From assembly GCA_938045545.1 (NCBI GenBank), contig CALIBN010000021.1, positions 1 to 29,947 of the forward strand: a stretch of 29,947 bases of DNA. The letters are read 5' to 3'. Below, one piece after another: positions 9,549-17,799 of this stretch. This DNA is from an uncultured archaeon (GTDB lineage Archaea > Thermoproteota > EX4484-205 > JAAOZP01). The translations under genes and the position numbers were made by a program. The stretch's first letter is position 1. The number at the start of each line of letters is the position of its first letter. The notes under the pieces are model-generated. The model was not told the origin of the DNA and ran no database searches. It was given only the letters and a program-made list of their open reading frames with translations.

Positions 9549-10241
9549 ATGAAAGTTAAAGCAGTATTGTTTGACTTGGGTGAAACATTGGTAAGAATAT
9601 GGACTCCTGAAATCGTTTTTAAAAGAATTTTAGATTCGCTGGGGATTGACAGGCCTCTTGAAGAAATAAGGGAGGCGTTAGCAAGGACTGATGAGCAGTT
9701 CAAATCTCCTAGTTACCGCTCGCTCTATGGGAAAACCCCTTATCAAGAGTACTGGGGCATGTGGAGTTCAACCGTTCTTAAAAATCTCGGAATCGCAGGG
9801 TATGGGAGGCTTGCCGGAGAGATAGTGGCACGGTGGTTTGAACACGCGGATTGCGAAGCCTATCCTGATGCTGAGGAAACACTGGTTAAGCTGAGGAGTA
9901 TGGGTTTAAAGACGGGACTTGTTTCAGCAGGCTATGAGGAAGACGTCTACGCTATCCTGGAAAAATCAGGTCTTAAGAAAGAGCTTTTCGACGTTATAGT
10001 TGGGGCTGACACTATTGGAATGGCAAAGCCTCATCCGGAGGCCTTCAACCATGCTCTTGAAAAACTCAGGGTTAAGCCTGAAGAAGCCCTGTTCATCGGG
10101 GACAAGACTGATGACGACTACAGGGGGGCGGAGGGAGTGGGCATAACTCCCATACTTATTCGGCGGGAAGCCGGTGGAACAAGCAAGGTTCCCGGCTTAA
10201 GAACCGTCACGAGCCTTAGAGAAATCTTCCAATTCATATAA
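9549..10241 (+). CDS. HAD-superfamily hydrolase
   Basis: Motif I VLFDLGETL, motif III KPHP, motif IV FIGDKTDDD. Confidence 0.92.
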   Translation: MKVKAVLFDLGETLVRIWTPEIVFKRILDSLGIDRPLEEIREALARTDEQFKSPSYRSLYGKTPYQEYWGMWSSTVLKNLGIAGYGRLAGEIVARWFEHADCEAYPDAEETLVKLRSMGLKTGLVSAGYEEDVYAILEKSGLKKELFDVIVGADTIGMAKPHPEAFNHALEKLRVKPEEALFIGDKTDDDYRGAEGVGITPILIRREAGGTSKVPGLRTVTSLREIFQFI

Positions 10242-10384
10242 AGCGTAGCACGTATAGCTAAAAAGTCTACCACCTGGTATTCTTAGGAAAGAATCCGCGC
10301 GAGGCTTTCGGCCTATACCAGCATGCACCATTCTACACCAAATAATTTTGCATAATTTTGCAATTTAGAATTCGCCTTTTATAG

Positions 10385-10786
10385 TCATTCTATCACCTTG
10401 ACTCGTATCGCAAGCCTCTTGGCTTTCTCAGCCTGCTCCTTGTCTAACGTGTAGAGCGTGGCGTCCCTGCTTTCTGCCAGAGCCAGGAAAAGGGCATCGT
10501 ACACTGATAAGTTTTCAGAGCACGCGATCTCAAAAGCCCTTTCTAAAAGCGTTTTTTCATCCACAGTTTCTAAGCCTGATTCCGCCAAATCTAAAAGGGC
10601 CTTCGCCTTAGTCTTAGCACTCTCCCCGCTTATACGGCCTCTGGCATATGTTTTCCAAACAGCGTTCAAAGACTCCTTGATCGCCATGTCAACCGTAACT
10701 GCATGCATAAGCAGGTTAGCCAGTTTTTCCCAACCCGGTTCCTTTAGAACGTAGGCAGCTATAACCGTGGTATCAATGGCTTTCAC
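10385..10786 (-). CDS. vapC: PIN-domain toxin, VapC family
   Basis: IDTTV N-terminal motif and SVYDALFLALA..LYTLD. Overlaps the upstream small antitoxin gene. Confidence 0.9.
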   Translation of the reverse strand: MKAIDTTVIAAYVLKEPGWEKLANLLMHAVTVDMAIKESLNAVWKTYARGRISGESAKTKAKALLDLAESGLETVDEKTLLERAFEIACSENLSVYDALFLALAESRDATLYTLDKEQAEKAKRLAIRVKVIE

Positions 10787-11003
10787 GATCCTCTCTCACC
10801 AGCTTCACTGCGAACCCTTTCGGAACCCCCTCAGTATTCTCTATTTCTCGCGTGATTCTCTCTATTGTCTTCTTGGCTTCCACCTCTCTTACTTTCGCCT
10901 CTATGAAACGCCTTATTTCCTCCGGCCAGTTCACCTCCTTCTTTAGAGTTTTCATCTTCTTCTTGAGCTCGCGGGGAACCTTAACCGCTATAATTTCACT
11001 CAT
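10773..11003 (-). CDS. vapB: RHH/CopG-type antitoxin, VapB family
   Basis: 76 aa, IIAVKVPRELKKKM...VNWPEEIRRFIE...LVREDRES. Overlaps the vapC start. Confidence 0.85.
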   Translation of the reverse strand: MSEIIAVKVPRELKKKMKTLKKEVNWPEEIRRFIEAKVREVEAKKTIERITREIENTEGVPKGFAVKLVREDRESH

Positions 11004-11005
11004 GG

Positions 11006-11016
11006 TTACACTGTAA
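11006..11016. promoter_or_regulatory. Putative VapB operator TTACA-C-TGTAA
   Basis: Perfect short inverted repeat between the TATA-like sequence (about 11025-11035) and the vapB start codon. Confidence 0.5.
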
Positions 11017-11174
11017 GTTAAACTTTTATTTAAACTTTAAAAACGACAAGAGCAATGCTTCTAAAGGCAAATAACATCGTTTAGAGCAAATATTAAGCGC
11101 CGCCGAGGCGGGAAAGATCTCGAACAGATATGTTTCAAAGAGCTCTCAATAAGCGATTTGCAACAGAGGCTTAT

Positions 11175-11584
11175 TCACTTTATCATTATGACCTCGTTCT
11201 TCAGGTCGGCGAAATGCTTGTCTCCTGTAACAACTTTAGCATTAGATTTTCGGGCTGTTGCCAGGATGATTGAATCGGCTAACCCCCAGTCCTTACTTTG
11301 TCTTTTCTCTCGATGTCTATCTCGCCTGAGAGTTCGGCGATGTCGCGCGATAAGTCTATGATCTTCGTGATGGTTCCAATGAACTCCAGCTTGGTTCTCC
11401 TGCCTTCAATAGTCTCCACTCCTCTTCCAACTTCTTTAAGCGGCTTCCTGCTTAGCTCTGCAATAACTATTGTCGGGGTGGCTGAATTCTCGTCCTCAAT
11501 GTAATGCTTCGCCTCCTCGCCAGGCTTTGAGCCCCTGAAATACTCAATCCGCGCGTAAGCGTCGATAACGTATTTATAGCTCAT
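11175..11584 (-). pseudogene. vapC: Frameshifted PIN-domain toxin (VapC)
   Basis: ORF 11279-11584 (YVIDAYARIEYF...) continues after a frameshift near 11295 as KDWGLADSIILATARKSNAKVVTGDKHFADLKNEVIMIK*, ending at 11175. Confidence 0.85.
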
Positions 11585-11772
11585 GGAACTCCCTCTTCTT
11601 CCTCCTTGAAGCGGGACAGCTTAGGGTTTGAACCAAACATGGGGGTGGGAATCTCTATCTTTTCGGCTATGAGCTTTTGTAAAACTTCATCATAGCTTTT
11701 CGCGGACAACTTCTTCTTTAAAACATCCAAGAGCTGCCGCGTTTTCCTACTAACCTGAATAGTAGTAGCCAT
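11581..11772 (-). CDS. vapB: Antitoxin (archaeal VapB-type)
   Basis: 63 aa MATTIQVSRKTRQLLDVLKKKLSAKSYDEVL. ATGA overlap with the PIN gene. Confidence 0.82.
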   Translation of the reverse strand: MATTIQVSRKTRQLLDVLKKKLSAKSYDEVLQKLIAEKIEIPTPMFGSNPKLSRFKEEEEGVP

Positions 11773-11774
11773 AA

Positions 11775-11792
11775 CTATAGTTATAACTATAG
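11775..11792. promoter_or_regulatory. Perfect 18-bp palindrome CTATAGTTATAACTATAG, putative antitoxin operator
   Basis: Lies between the BRE/TATA (GGTAAAAATATAAAT on the minus strand) and the antitoxin ATG. Confidence 0.7.
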
Positions 11793-11826
11793 CTCATTTA
11801 TATTTTTACCCGCACCGGCACGAGCG

Positions 11827-12432
11827 CTATCTGATGATTTTTACTTCGACATTGTCGATATAGTATGTCATGCGAGTCTCCCAGCGTACTGAGATTCCTA
11901 AGGCGACCCATATCTCTTCACTTGAGTCTGTATTTATGCTTGTTGTGTAAACGTATCTTTTCCAGCCCTCAACTTCATTAGCGTTTCCAATTACGATGAA
12001 ACATTCTTCAGTTCTTGGTTTTCGTGTACCAGCATAAGCGCATATTACAGCCCTCGTGTTAGCTTGGCTTTCATGGTCACTATACAAATCGAAGGAGATG
12101 CTAACATTGATTCGAGTATCTCTTGGCACGGTTATTTTTCTCTCCACCCATATGGTTCCGTCGTCCTGCCGCCCGTCAATGAAGAACCTTAATGAATATC
12201 GCCCAGAGCTGGCGACTTCAGTTGAACGCGTTATGTTCCATTCGACGAATTGACCAGGATTGTTTGGATCAAGCGGCACGTCCGCACCTACAGCCCATTC
12301 GCCGAATCCGTTTTCAAAGTCTTCTTCCATTATTTGGGGAGCGGCAAGGAGATGAAAATACAATGCGGTTAAGGCGGCGATAGCAATTATTACCGAAAAG
12401 AACGATGCCGTTTTCATGTTCAAATCATCCAC
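11827..12432 (-). CDS. Secreted or membrane-anchored hypothetical protein, predicted beta-sandwich
   Basis: N-terminal hydrophobic helix, then EEDFENGFGEW...YYIDNVEV, a pattern common in jelly-roll/CBM-like domains. Confidence 0.75.
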   Translation of the reverse strand: MDDLNMKTASFFSVIIAIAALTALYFHLLAAPQIMEEDFENGFGEWAVGADVPLDPNNPGQFVEWNITRSTEVASSGRYSLRFFIDGRQDDGTIWVERKITVPRDTRINVSISFDLYSDHESQANTRAVICAYAGTRKPRTEECFIVIGNANEVEGWKRYVYTTSINTDSSEEIWVALGISVRWETRMTYYIDNVEVKIIR

Positions 12433-12735
12433 CCCTTTCCTCGTTCACATAACATTTTTCCTTAACTATAATGCTACACTTTAGAACAAATGTGTAAAGG
12501 CCCGTCCAGAAAATAGAACAGTCAATACGGCGCCACTCGGTATCCAGTTCACCCCCTCGCAAAAGCGCTTATTCATTTAGGCGCTTTACAAAACCCGGGG
12601 TCTTTCCAAGAGATATTCTGATCATTGGGAAGCAGCCTCGTCACGGTTCCGCGATTCATGACTTAATCGGGTGAGGCTGCATGCCCTACCAGAGAACATA
12701 ACCCATTGGATGCTTATCGCTTCTCTTCCATGCCC

Positions 12736-14859
12736 TTAGTGTGAGGAGCGGCGGCGTACGATTATGATTATCGCTAGAATCACGATTACTGCCAAAGCTA
12801 TAGCTATAACTATTAGCATGGTTGGGAAAGCCTCTGCGACGGTAACCGTTACGCTATGAGTACCGGTGTTCCCAGCATAATCTTTCACCGTTAATGTTAC
12901 GGTGTAAGTCCCAGCCTTCTTGTAAACATGCGTAACTTTCACACCGCTTCCCGTTTCCCCGTCTCCGAAATCCCATTCGTAGCTGGATATCCCTATGTTG
13001 TCCGTCGAGGAGGTTGCATCAAAGACTAGGGTATCGCCGACATTTACCTTCCTATCCCCTCCGGCGTTCGCAACGGGCCTAGTCTTGTCCAGCTTTATGC
13101 CGACTACAAACCTGTGGGTTTCCTCGTTCCCGGCATTATCAACGCTCCAGTATTCTAGAGTATTGTTAGCACCCTCAACTGTTATGAGTGGGTGGCCGTC
13201 GACGCTAACACTTTTCACCGTACCATTATTTATCCTGTAATAGGTTTCCGCAACCCCGCTCAGGTCGTCACTAGCCTCCAAGCTTATGGTGAAATCCGCG
13301 TTACGCCACACATCTTCATGCATAGCCCTGGTCACCGGGGGGTTGACATCCCTTTTCTCAATAACTTGACAGACACGTTCTTCAGATACAACGTAATTGC
13401 CAACTTCATCTATTGCGATGATCCTCCAACTGATTCGCGAGCCGGCACGTTGAGCAGGTATCTTACCCAAATATGGCTCTTCACCGAAGCCATAGCCACA
13501 CACGGGCTCAACCACGTATCTCCTCTCTAACTCCATGTCCACATAATTCCATTTACCACCATCAATGCTGTAAGCTAACAGGGTCTTGTAGATCCCGCTC
13601 CCGTTGTCGTAAACCGTAGTCTTCACGACGAATTCCTCTCCCTCGTACGCTTCGCTCGCCGCCTCTGCCGAAACGACCACCGGTTTTTCAACGTCGTGAA
13701 GCTTGTAAAGCACATTCCCATCGTACGTGTAGAATACGGCGTACACATTACCATAGGCTACGCTTATCCTTGGAGAAATAGCCCCGTCTCCGTAATGAGT
13801 TAAGTTGAAAATTGGAACTATACCTCTCCAAAGTAGATAGAGGCGACCATATCCCTTGCCCTGCACTGGGAGAGCCAAGATTTTTCCAACAACCACCGCA
13901 GCCCCATAAGGTTCGTGGAAGAACTCTTCAGAGAAATCGAACTTGGTGATATCCGACCCCTGGAAATCGAGTACAGAAAGCTTTCTGTGATCAACAACAT
14001 AAATACGATCTTCCCCTATGGAAATGCTTTGGGATCTTATTTCCTTCCTCCATCTCACCTCGCCATTCGACGAAAGCGCAATTAGCTTATCATCCCCCTC
14101 CCTGACTAAAACCAAGTTATTCTTGAATGCTACTTTTGACAAATAGTCATCGCCGCTGGACTTCCAAACGAGATCGCCGGTTTCCGTATTTAAAGCGTAA
14201 AGGTTTTTACTCCATTCGAGGTTTACGTATAGCATACCGCCGCCACAGGCCAAGTCCGTAACAACATGATCCTCCAAAGTTTTTTTCCATAGAATTCTCC
14301 CGTTTTCATCAATACAGTAAACCACCCCCTTTCTTGTGCCCATGTATACCTTGTTATGGCACGTTATGAGTCGTTCAGATACATCCTCCTTGCCTATTTC
14401 AGTCGTCCAAACGATTTTCCCAGTATTTTTTTCTAACGCTATAAGCAGATTCTCCGCCGCCAGATAATAATGTTTCCCCAAGGCGTTTTTCCCAACAGAC
14501 TTGTAAAAGGAATCGTAGATAGCGGTGCGCCAGAGGATTTTTCCCGTAGTCTCGTTTAAAGCATATGCATAACTGCTCGTGAAAGAGAAGATTATTCCTT
14601 TTTCCACTAAAACCGCCTCTGCAGAAGGAACCTCGGATTCATATGCTGTTTGTGGTCTACAGGGTATTGGTGAAGGAGAGGAACGCGTGGATCCTTCATC
14701 TCCATCTTTAAGAAGCCAAGGGTAATTCAAGTTCGGAAGGAATTGTTTAACCTCGTCCTCTACGGCGGGGAATGCGTTAATTAACTTAGGGGAAAGCGGA
14801 AGCAACGAGGCGAGCATTATTAAAATTGGGAGTACGTAGCAACTCGTCTTCATTTCCAT
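12736..14859 (-). CDS. Cell-surface protein: PQQ-like beta-propeller, Ig-like domains, PKD domain, C-terminal TM anchor
   Basis: Signal peptide; repeated ALxxxTGKIxW blades; LEYWSVDNAGNEE Ig-like domain; PKD motif YEWDFGDG..HVYKKAGTYTVTLTVKD; hydrophobic tail followed by RRR. Confidence 0.88.
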   Translation of the reverse strand: MEMKTSCYVLPILIMLASLLPLSPKLINAFPAVEDEVKQFLPNLNYPWLLKDGDEGSTRSSPSPIPCRPQTAYESEVPSAEAVLVEKGIIFSFTSSYAYALNETTGKILWRTAIYDSFYKSVGKNALGKHYYLAAENLLIALEKNTGKIVWTTEIGKEDVSERLITCHNKVYMGTRKGVVYCIDENGRILWKKTLEDHVVTDLACGGGMLYVNLEWSKNLYALNTETGDLVWKSSGDDYLSKVAFKNNLVLVREGDDKLIALSSNGEVRWRKEIRSQSISIGEDRIYVVDHRKLSVLDFQGSDITKFDFSEEFFHEPYGAAVVVGKILALPVQGKGYGRLYLLWRGIVPIFNLTHYGDGAISPRISVAYGNVYAVFYTYDGNVLYKLHDVEKPVVVSAEAASEAYEGEEFVVKTTVYDNGSGIYKTLLAYSIDGGKWNYVDMELERRYVVEPVCGYGFGEEPYLGKIPAQRAGSRISWRIIAIDEVGNYVVSEERVCQVIEKRDVNPPVTRAMHEDVWRNADFTISLEASDDLSGVAETYYRINNGTVKSVSVDGHPLITVEGANNTLEYWSVDNAGNEETHRFVVGIKLDKTRPVANAGGDRKVNVGDTLVFDATSSTDNIGISSYEWDFGDGETGSGVKVTHVYKKAGTYTVTLTVKDYAGNTGTHSVTVTVAEAFPTMLIVIAIALAVIVILAIIIIVRRRSSH

Positions 14860-15048
14860 TTCCTAAAAAAGCGGTGTCAATTCTCTTAAAAAATTTCTCC
14901 GACTAGATGAAAGAATATGAAAGCTATGTATATAGAACCTAAAATCTCCGAACAAGCTTGTGCTACAATAATCTGATGAGCCTTGAAGCGTGCATTAAAG
15001 TTAGTATAAAAAAGTAAACTTTAAATATAATTTCTTACACTTAATCTG

Positions 15049-15813
15049 ATGATGTACGACGAATTATCGCGTAGAATCCTACTCGAACTAAGGAATAAAG
15101 GGAGGGCAAGGTTTACAGATTTAAAATCGGTTATCGGCAACCCAAGGACGCTCACAATAAAGCTGGATAAGCTTAAGCGTCTAGGGCTTATAGAAGCTAA
15201 AAACGGGCTTTACGAGCCTACGAATAAGGGTCTTGAAGTCAGCAGGATGCTCGAAGACTTACGGAACATTCTGCATTCTCCTGAGCCCCTGATGGAGAAT
15301 GTGGAGAGAATACCCCATCAATATTATGCTCCAGTGGTAAGAAGATATTGTGAATTTTTAAGAGAGCTATTGGGGGACAGGCTTTTGAGCATAATGCTTT
15401 TCGGCTCTATCGCCAGAGGGGACTGGGACAAGAATAGCGATATAGACATCCTGATAGTGGCTGAAGGCTGGGAGGATAAGCCTGCTTGGGTTAGGATTAA
15501 AGAGCTTAGGAGGGCTAAGGAAGCCTTGGAGGGAAGCCCAGAATATTCGGAGAGTTTAAGAGCCGGCTACTACCCCATAATTCAAAACTATTGTTTAAGT
15601 GTCGAAGAAGCTAAGAGGTTCAATAGAATATATCTTGATGCAGTGCTCGACGGCATAATGCTCTACGATAGAAACAGTTTTCTAACGCGGGTGCTTCGAT
15701 CTTTAAGGAAGAGACTTGAAGAAATGGGTTCTAGGAGGGTTACTCTCCCAGGAAAAGGGTTCTACTGGATCCTTAAAGATGTAAAGGCAGGGGAGGTAAT
15801 AAAGCTTGGATGA
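15049..15813 (+). CDS. Winged-HTH fused to minimal nucleotidyltransferase (MNT) antitoxin
   Basis: N-terminal wHTH (RARFTDLK..NPRTLTIKLDKLKRLGLI..YEPTNKG) and MNT motif LFGSIARGDWDKNSDIDIL. Confidence 0.88.
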   Translation: MMYDELSRRILLELRNKGRARFTDLKSVIGNPRTLTIKLDKLKRLGLIEAKNGLYEPTNKGLEVSRMLEDLRNILHSPEPLMENVERIPHQYYAPVVRRYCEFLRELLGDRLLSIMLFGSIARGDWDKNSDIDILIVAEGWEDKPAWVRIKELRRAKEALEGSPEYSESLRAGYYPIIQNYCLSVEEAKRFNRIYLDAVLDGIMLYDRNSFLTRVLRSLRKRLEEMGSRRVTLPGKGFYWILKDVKAGEVIKLG

Positions 15814-16246
15814 TACTACAAACGTAGACCTCGCTGTCTCAGCAATAAGAAGGAGTTCACGCTGGTTGAAGAGTGCCCTAAGGGCTTTAGAAGACGAGAG
15901 ATGGGATGACGTCGTATACTCTTCTCAAATGGCTGTGGAGCAAGCGTCTAAATCCGTCTTGATAGCGCTCGGAATAGAATACCCTAAGGAGCATGATGTA
16001 AGCACAGTATTCAAACAGGTCTCGCGCATAAGGAACATCCCAGAGTGGTTTTCATCCATGATTCCTCAACTCGCTGAAAATATTTCTGAACTCGCTGAGT
16101 TAAGAGGTCTAGCAGGCTATGGGTATGAAAAAGGTTTGGATGCAGATTATTTTAAGGACTATGCGCCCAAAGCATATGAAATGGCTAGGAAACACCATGA
16201 GGCCTGTGTCAAATTACTCTCTGAGCTTTACAACGTGCATGTTTAA
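15806..16246 (+). CDS. HEPN domain protein
   Basis: SQMAVEQASKSVL..YPKEHDV..LAELRGLAGY. Overlaps the MNT gene. Confidence 0.88.
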   Translation: MDDTTNVDLAVSAIRRSSRWLKSALRALEDERWDDVVYSSQMAVEQASKSVLIALGIEYPKEHDVSTVFKQVSRIRNIPEWFSSMIPQLAENISELAELRGLAGYGYEKGLDADYFKDYAPKAYEMARKHHEACVKLLSELYNVHV

Positions 16247-16366
16247 ACAATATTCTTAGAGTGGACTTGTTGAGAATATCAAAAGGAATAGGCTTTTTCC
16301 CAAAGCAAGCGCATTCCCCTAACTGCCTGCAAGGGTTTCCTAAGTCGTTCACCCATCCATAGCGCG

Positions 16367-16412
16367 TATTATGGACCATGGTTATACTTATATATTACCT
16401 AGGTCAATAATA
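16367..16412. promoter_or_regulatory. 20-bp inverted repeat pair around the TATA box of the AbiE operon
   Basis: TATTATGGACCATGGTTATA (16367-16386) and TATTACCTAGGTCAATAATA (16393-16412) are complementary at 16 of 20 positions, with a CTTATA spacer. Confidence 0.7.
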
Positions 16413-16415
16413 TGC

Positions 16416-17057
16416 GTGGCATACAGGCTACCGCTAGCGAAGATACTTAAAGGAAAATTGCTCCAAATCGCGGAGCTCCAAGACTCGATATTGATTGAAC
16501 TCTCTAAAAGCTTCGACTTCATTCTTCACGGCGGCACAGCGGTATGGAGGGTTTACGGTGGGAAAAGGTTCTCTTATGACATAGATGTTTACCATAATGA
16601 TCCTGAGGGTGTGGCGGAGCATTTCGCCTCCTCCAGTGTATTCAAAGTGCTTAAGTCTAAAATCACATCATCGAAAGTGCTTTACCTTAAGATAGGGAAC
16701 GAAGTTGCTGCTGAGCTGGAGGCCTCTCCAATCCCTAGCGGGGTTGAAACCGTTGAGGCGAGCTTCTGGCTTGTAGACGGAAGCACCATGGTTGTGGTTA
16801 CGCTTAAGCCTGAAAGCCTGTTAAGGGAGAAGGCAAGGGCATTCATGGACCGCAAGACCGCTAAAGACCTATACGATATTTTCTACCTGCTGGATTTCTG
16901 CGATAAGAGTAAAATAAGGAGGGAGATGGAGAAAATAGTGCCTCTCCTCGAATCCGAGCCTAAGGATTTCCCTGGGTTGCCTGAACTCATTCTGGTAGGC
17001 AAGCCTCCTAGCTTTGAAGCCATTGTGAGAAAGGTGAAGATGCATGCCACGAGTTAA
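16416..17057 (+). CDS. abiEii: AbiEii-family nucleotidyltransferase toxin (type IV TA)
   Basis: GGTAVWRVYGGKRFSYDID and EKARAFMDRKTAKDLYDIFYL motifs. GTG at 16416 preferred over ATG 16371, which lies upstream of the TATA box. Confidence 0.88.
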   Translation: MAYRLPLAKILKGKLLQIAELQDSILIELSKSFDFILHGGTAVWRVYGGKRFSYDIDVYHNDPEGVAEHFASSSVFKVLKSKITSSKVLYLKIGNEVAAELEASPIPSGVETVEASFWLVDGSTMVVVTLKPESLLREKARAFMDRKTAKDLYDIFYLLDFCDKSKIRREMEKIVPLLESEPKDFPGLPELILVGKPPSFEAIVRKVKMHATS

Positions 17058-17646
17058 GTATGGCGCATTTGTAGAGAAGCTTCAGGCAGCAAGCATATTC
17101 ACGTTTAAAACGGTTGAAAACAGGGTTGGAAGACAATACGCAAAGGTTCTCATACACAATTTGAAGAAAAAGGGGAAGATCATTGAACTTGTTAAAGGAG
17201 TTTACACCTTCAAGAAGTCTCCCTACATGATTACTAAGGCTATTCCAAAGTCTTACGTGGGTCTGGGAAGCGCCGCCTTCCTTCATGGGTTATGGGAACA
17301 GGTGACGAGAATAACAGTCCTCTCCCCCTATGCTTCTTTAAAAGCAAGGGTGGGCGAGAGGGAGGTCTCCGGCTTCAAAGTAGTTTTGAAGAAGATCTCT
17401 GAAAAAATGTTTTTCGGATACGAGCTTAAATATGTGGAGGAGATAGACGAATGGATAAGGGTTTCAGATCCGGAGAAAACCCTGATAGACCTTGTTTATT
17501 TTAATTACCCGTTTAAAGAAGAAATGATGCCGAAGCTACTGGAAGCCGTGAGCAAGGAGAAAATAAGGAGGCAAATCGAAACAATGAGAAGGAGAAGGGT
17601 GAAGGGGTGGAGGAAAGTTCTGGCGGAAATAAAGCCCTATTTATAG
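17044..17646 (+). CDS. abiEi: AbiEi-family antitoxin / transcriptional regulator
   Basis: LIHNLKKKGKIIELVKGVY, SYVGLGSAAFLHGLWEQ, VSDPEKTLIDLVY. Overlaps abiEii. Confidence 0.85.
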   Translation: MPRVKYGAFVEKLQAASIFTFKTVENRVGRQYAKVLIHNLKKKGKIIELVKGVYTFKKSPYMITKAIPKSYVGLGSAAFLHGLWEQVTRITVLSPYASLKARVGEREVSGFKVVLKKISEKMFFGYELKYVEEIDEWIRVSDPEKTLIDLVYFNYPFKEEMMPKLLEAVSKEKIRRQIETMRRRRVKGWRKVLAEIKPYL

Positions 17647-17799
17647 TGGGCGCGAAAAAGCATGGGCAACAGCTTCACGCCCGTATTCTAGGGGCCTCAG
17701 GCAGACAAAGCCCACGAGCCTTCGTAAAGCCTTAGAGAATTCTTAATCCTGATGCTGAGGCCGGTGAAACAGGCGCGCGCTAAAAGCCTGTATAAGGGA

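Noticed and set aside
14973-15049. C/D-box sRNA (TGATGA ... CTGA)
   Set aside because: The interior is an AT-rich promoter without C'/D' boxes; better explained as a promoter-flanking repeat.
17740-17799. Hammerhead-ribozyme-like arrangement CTGATG...GAAA-CAGGC...GCCTG-TA
   Set aside because: Stem III and a GUA site fit, but the core reads CUGAUGC instead of CUGAUGA, stem II is not convincing, and stem I is offset by 3 nt. Not supportable without a covariance-model hit.
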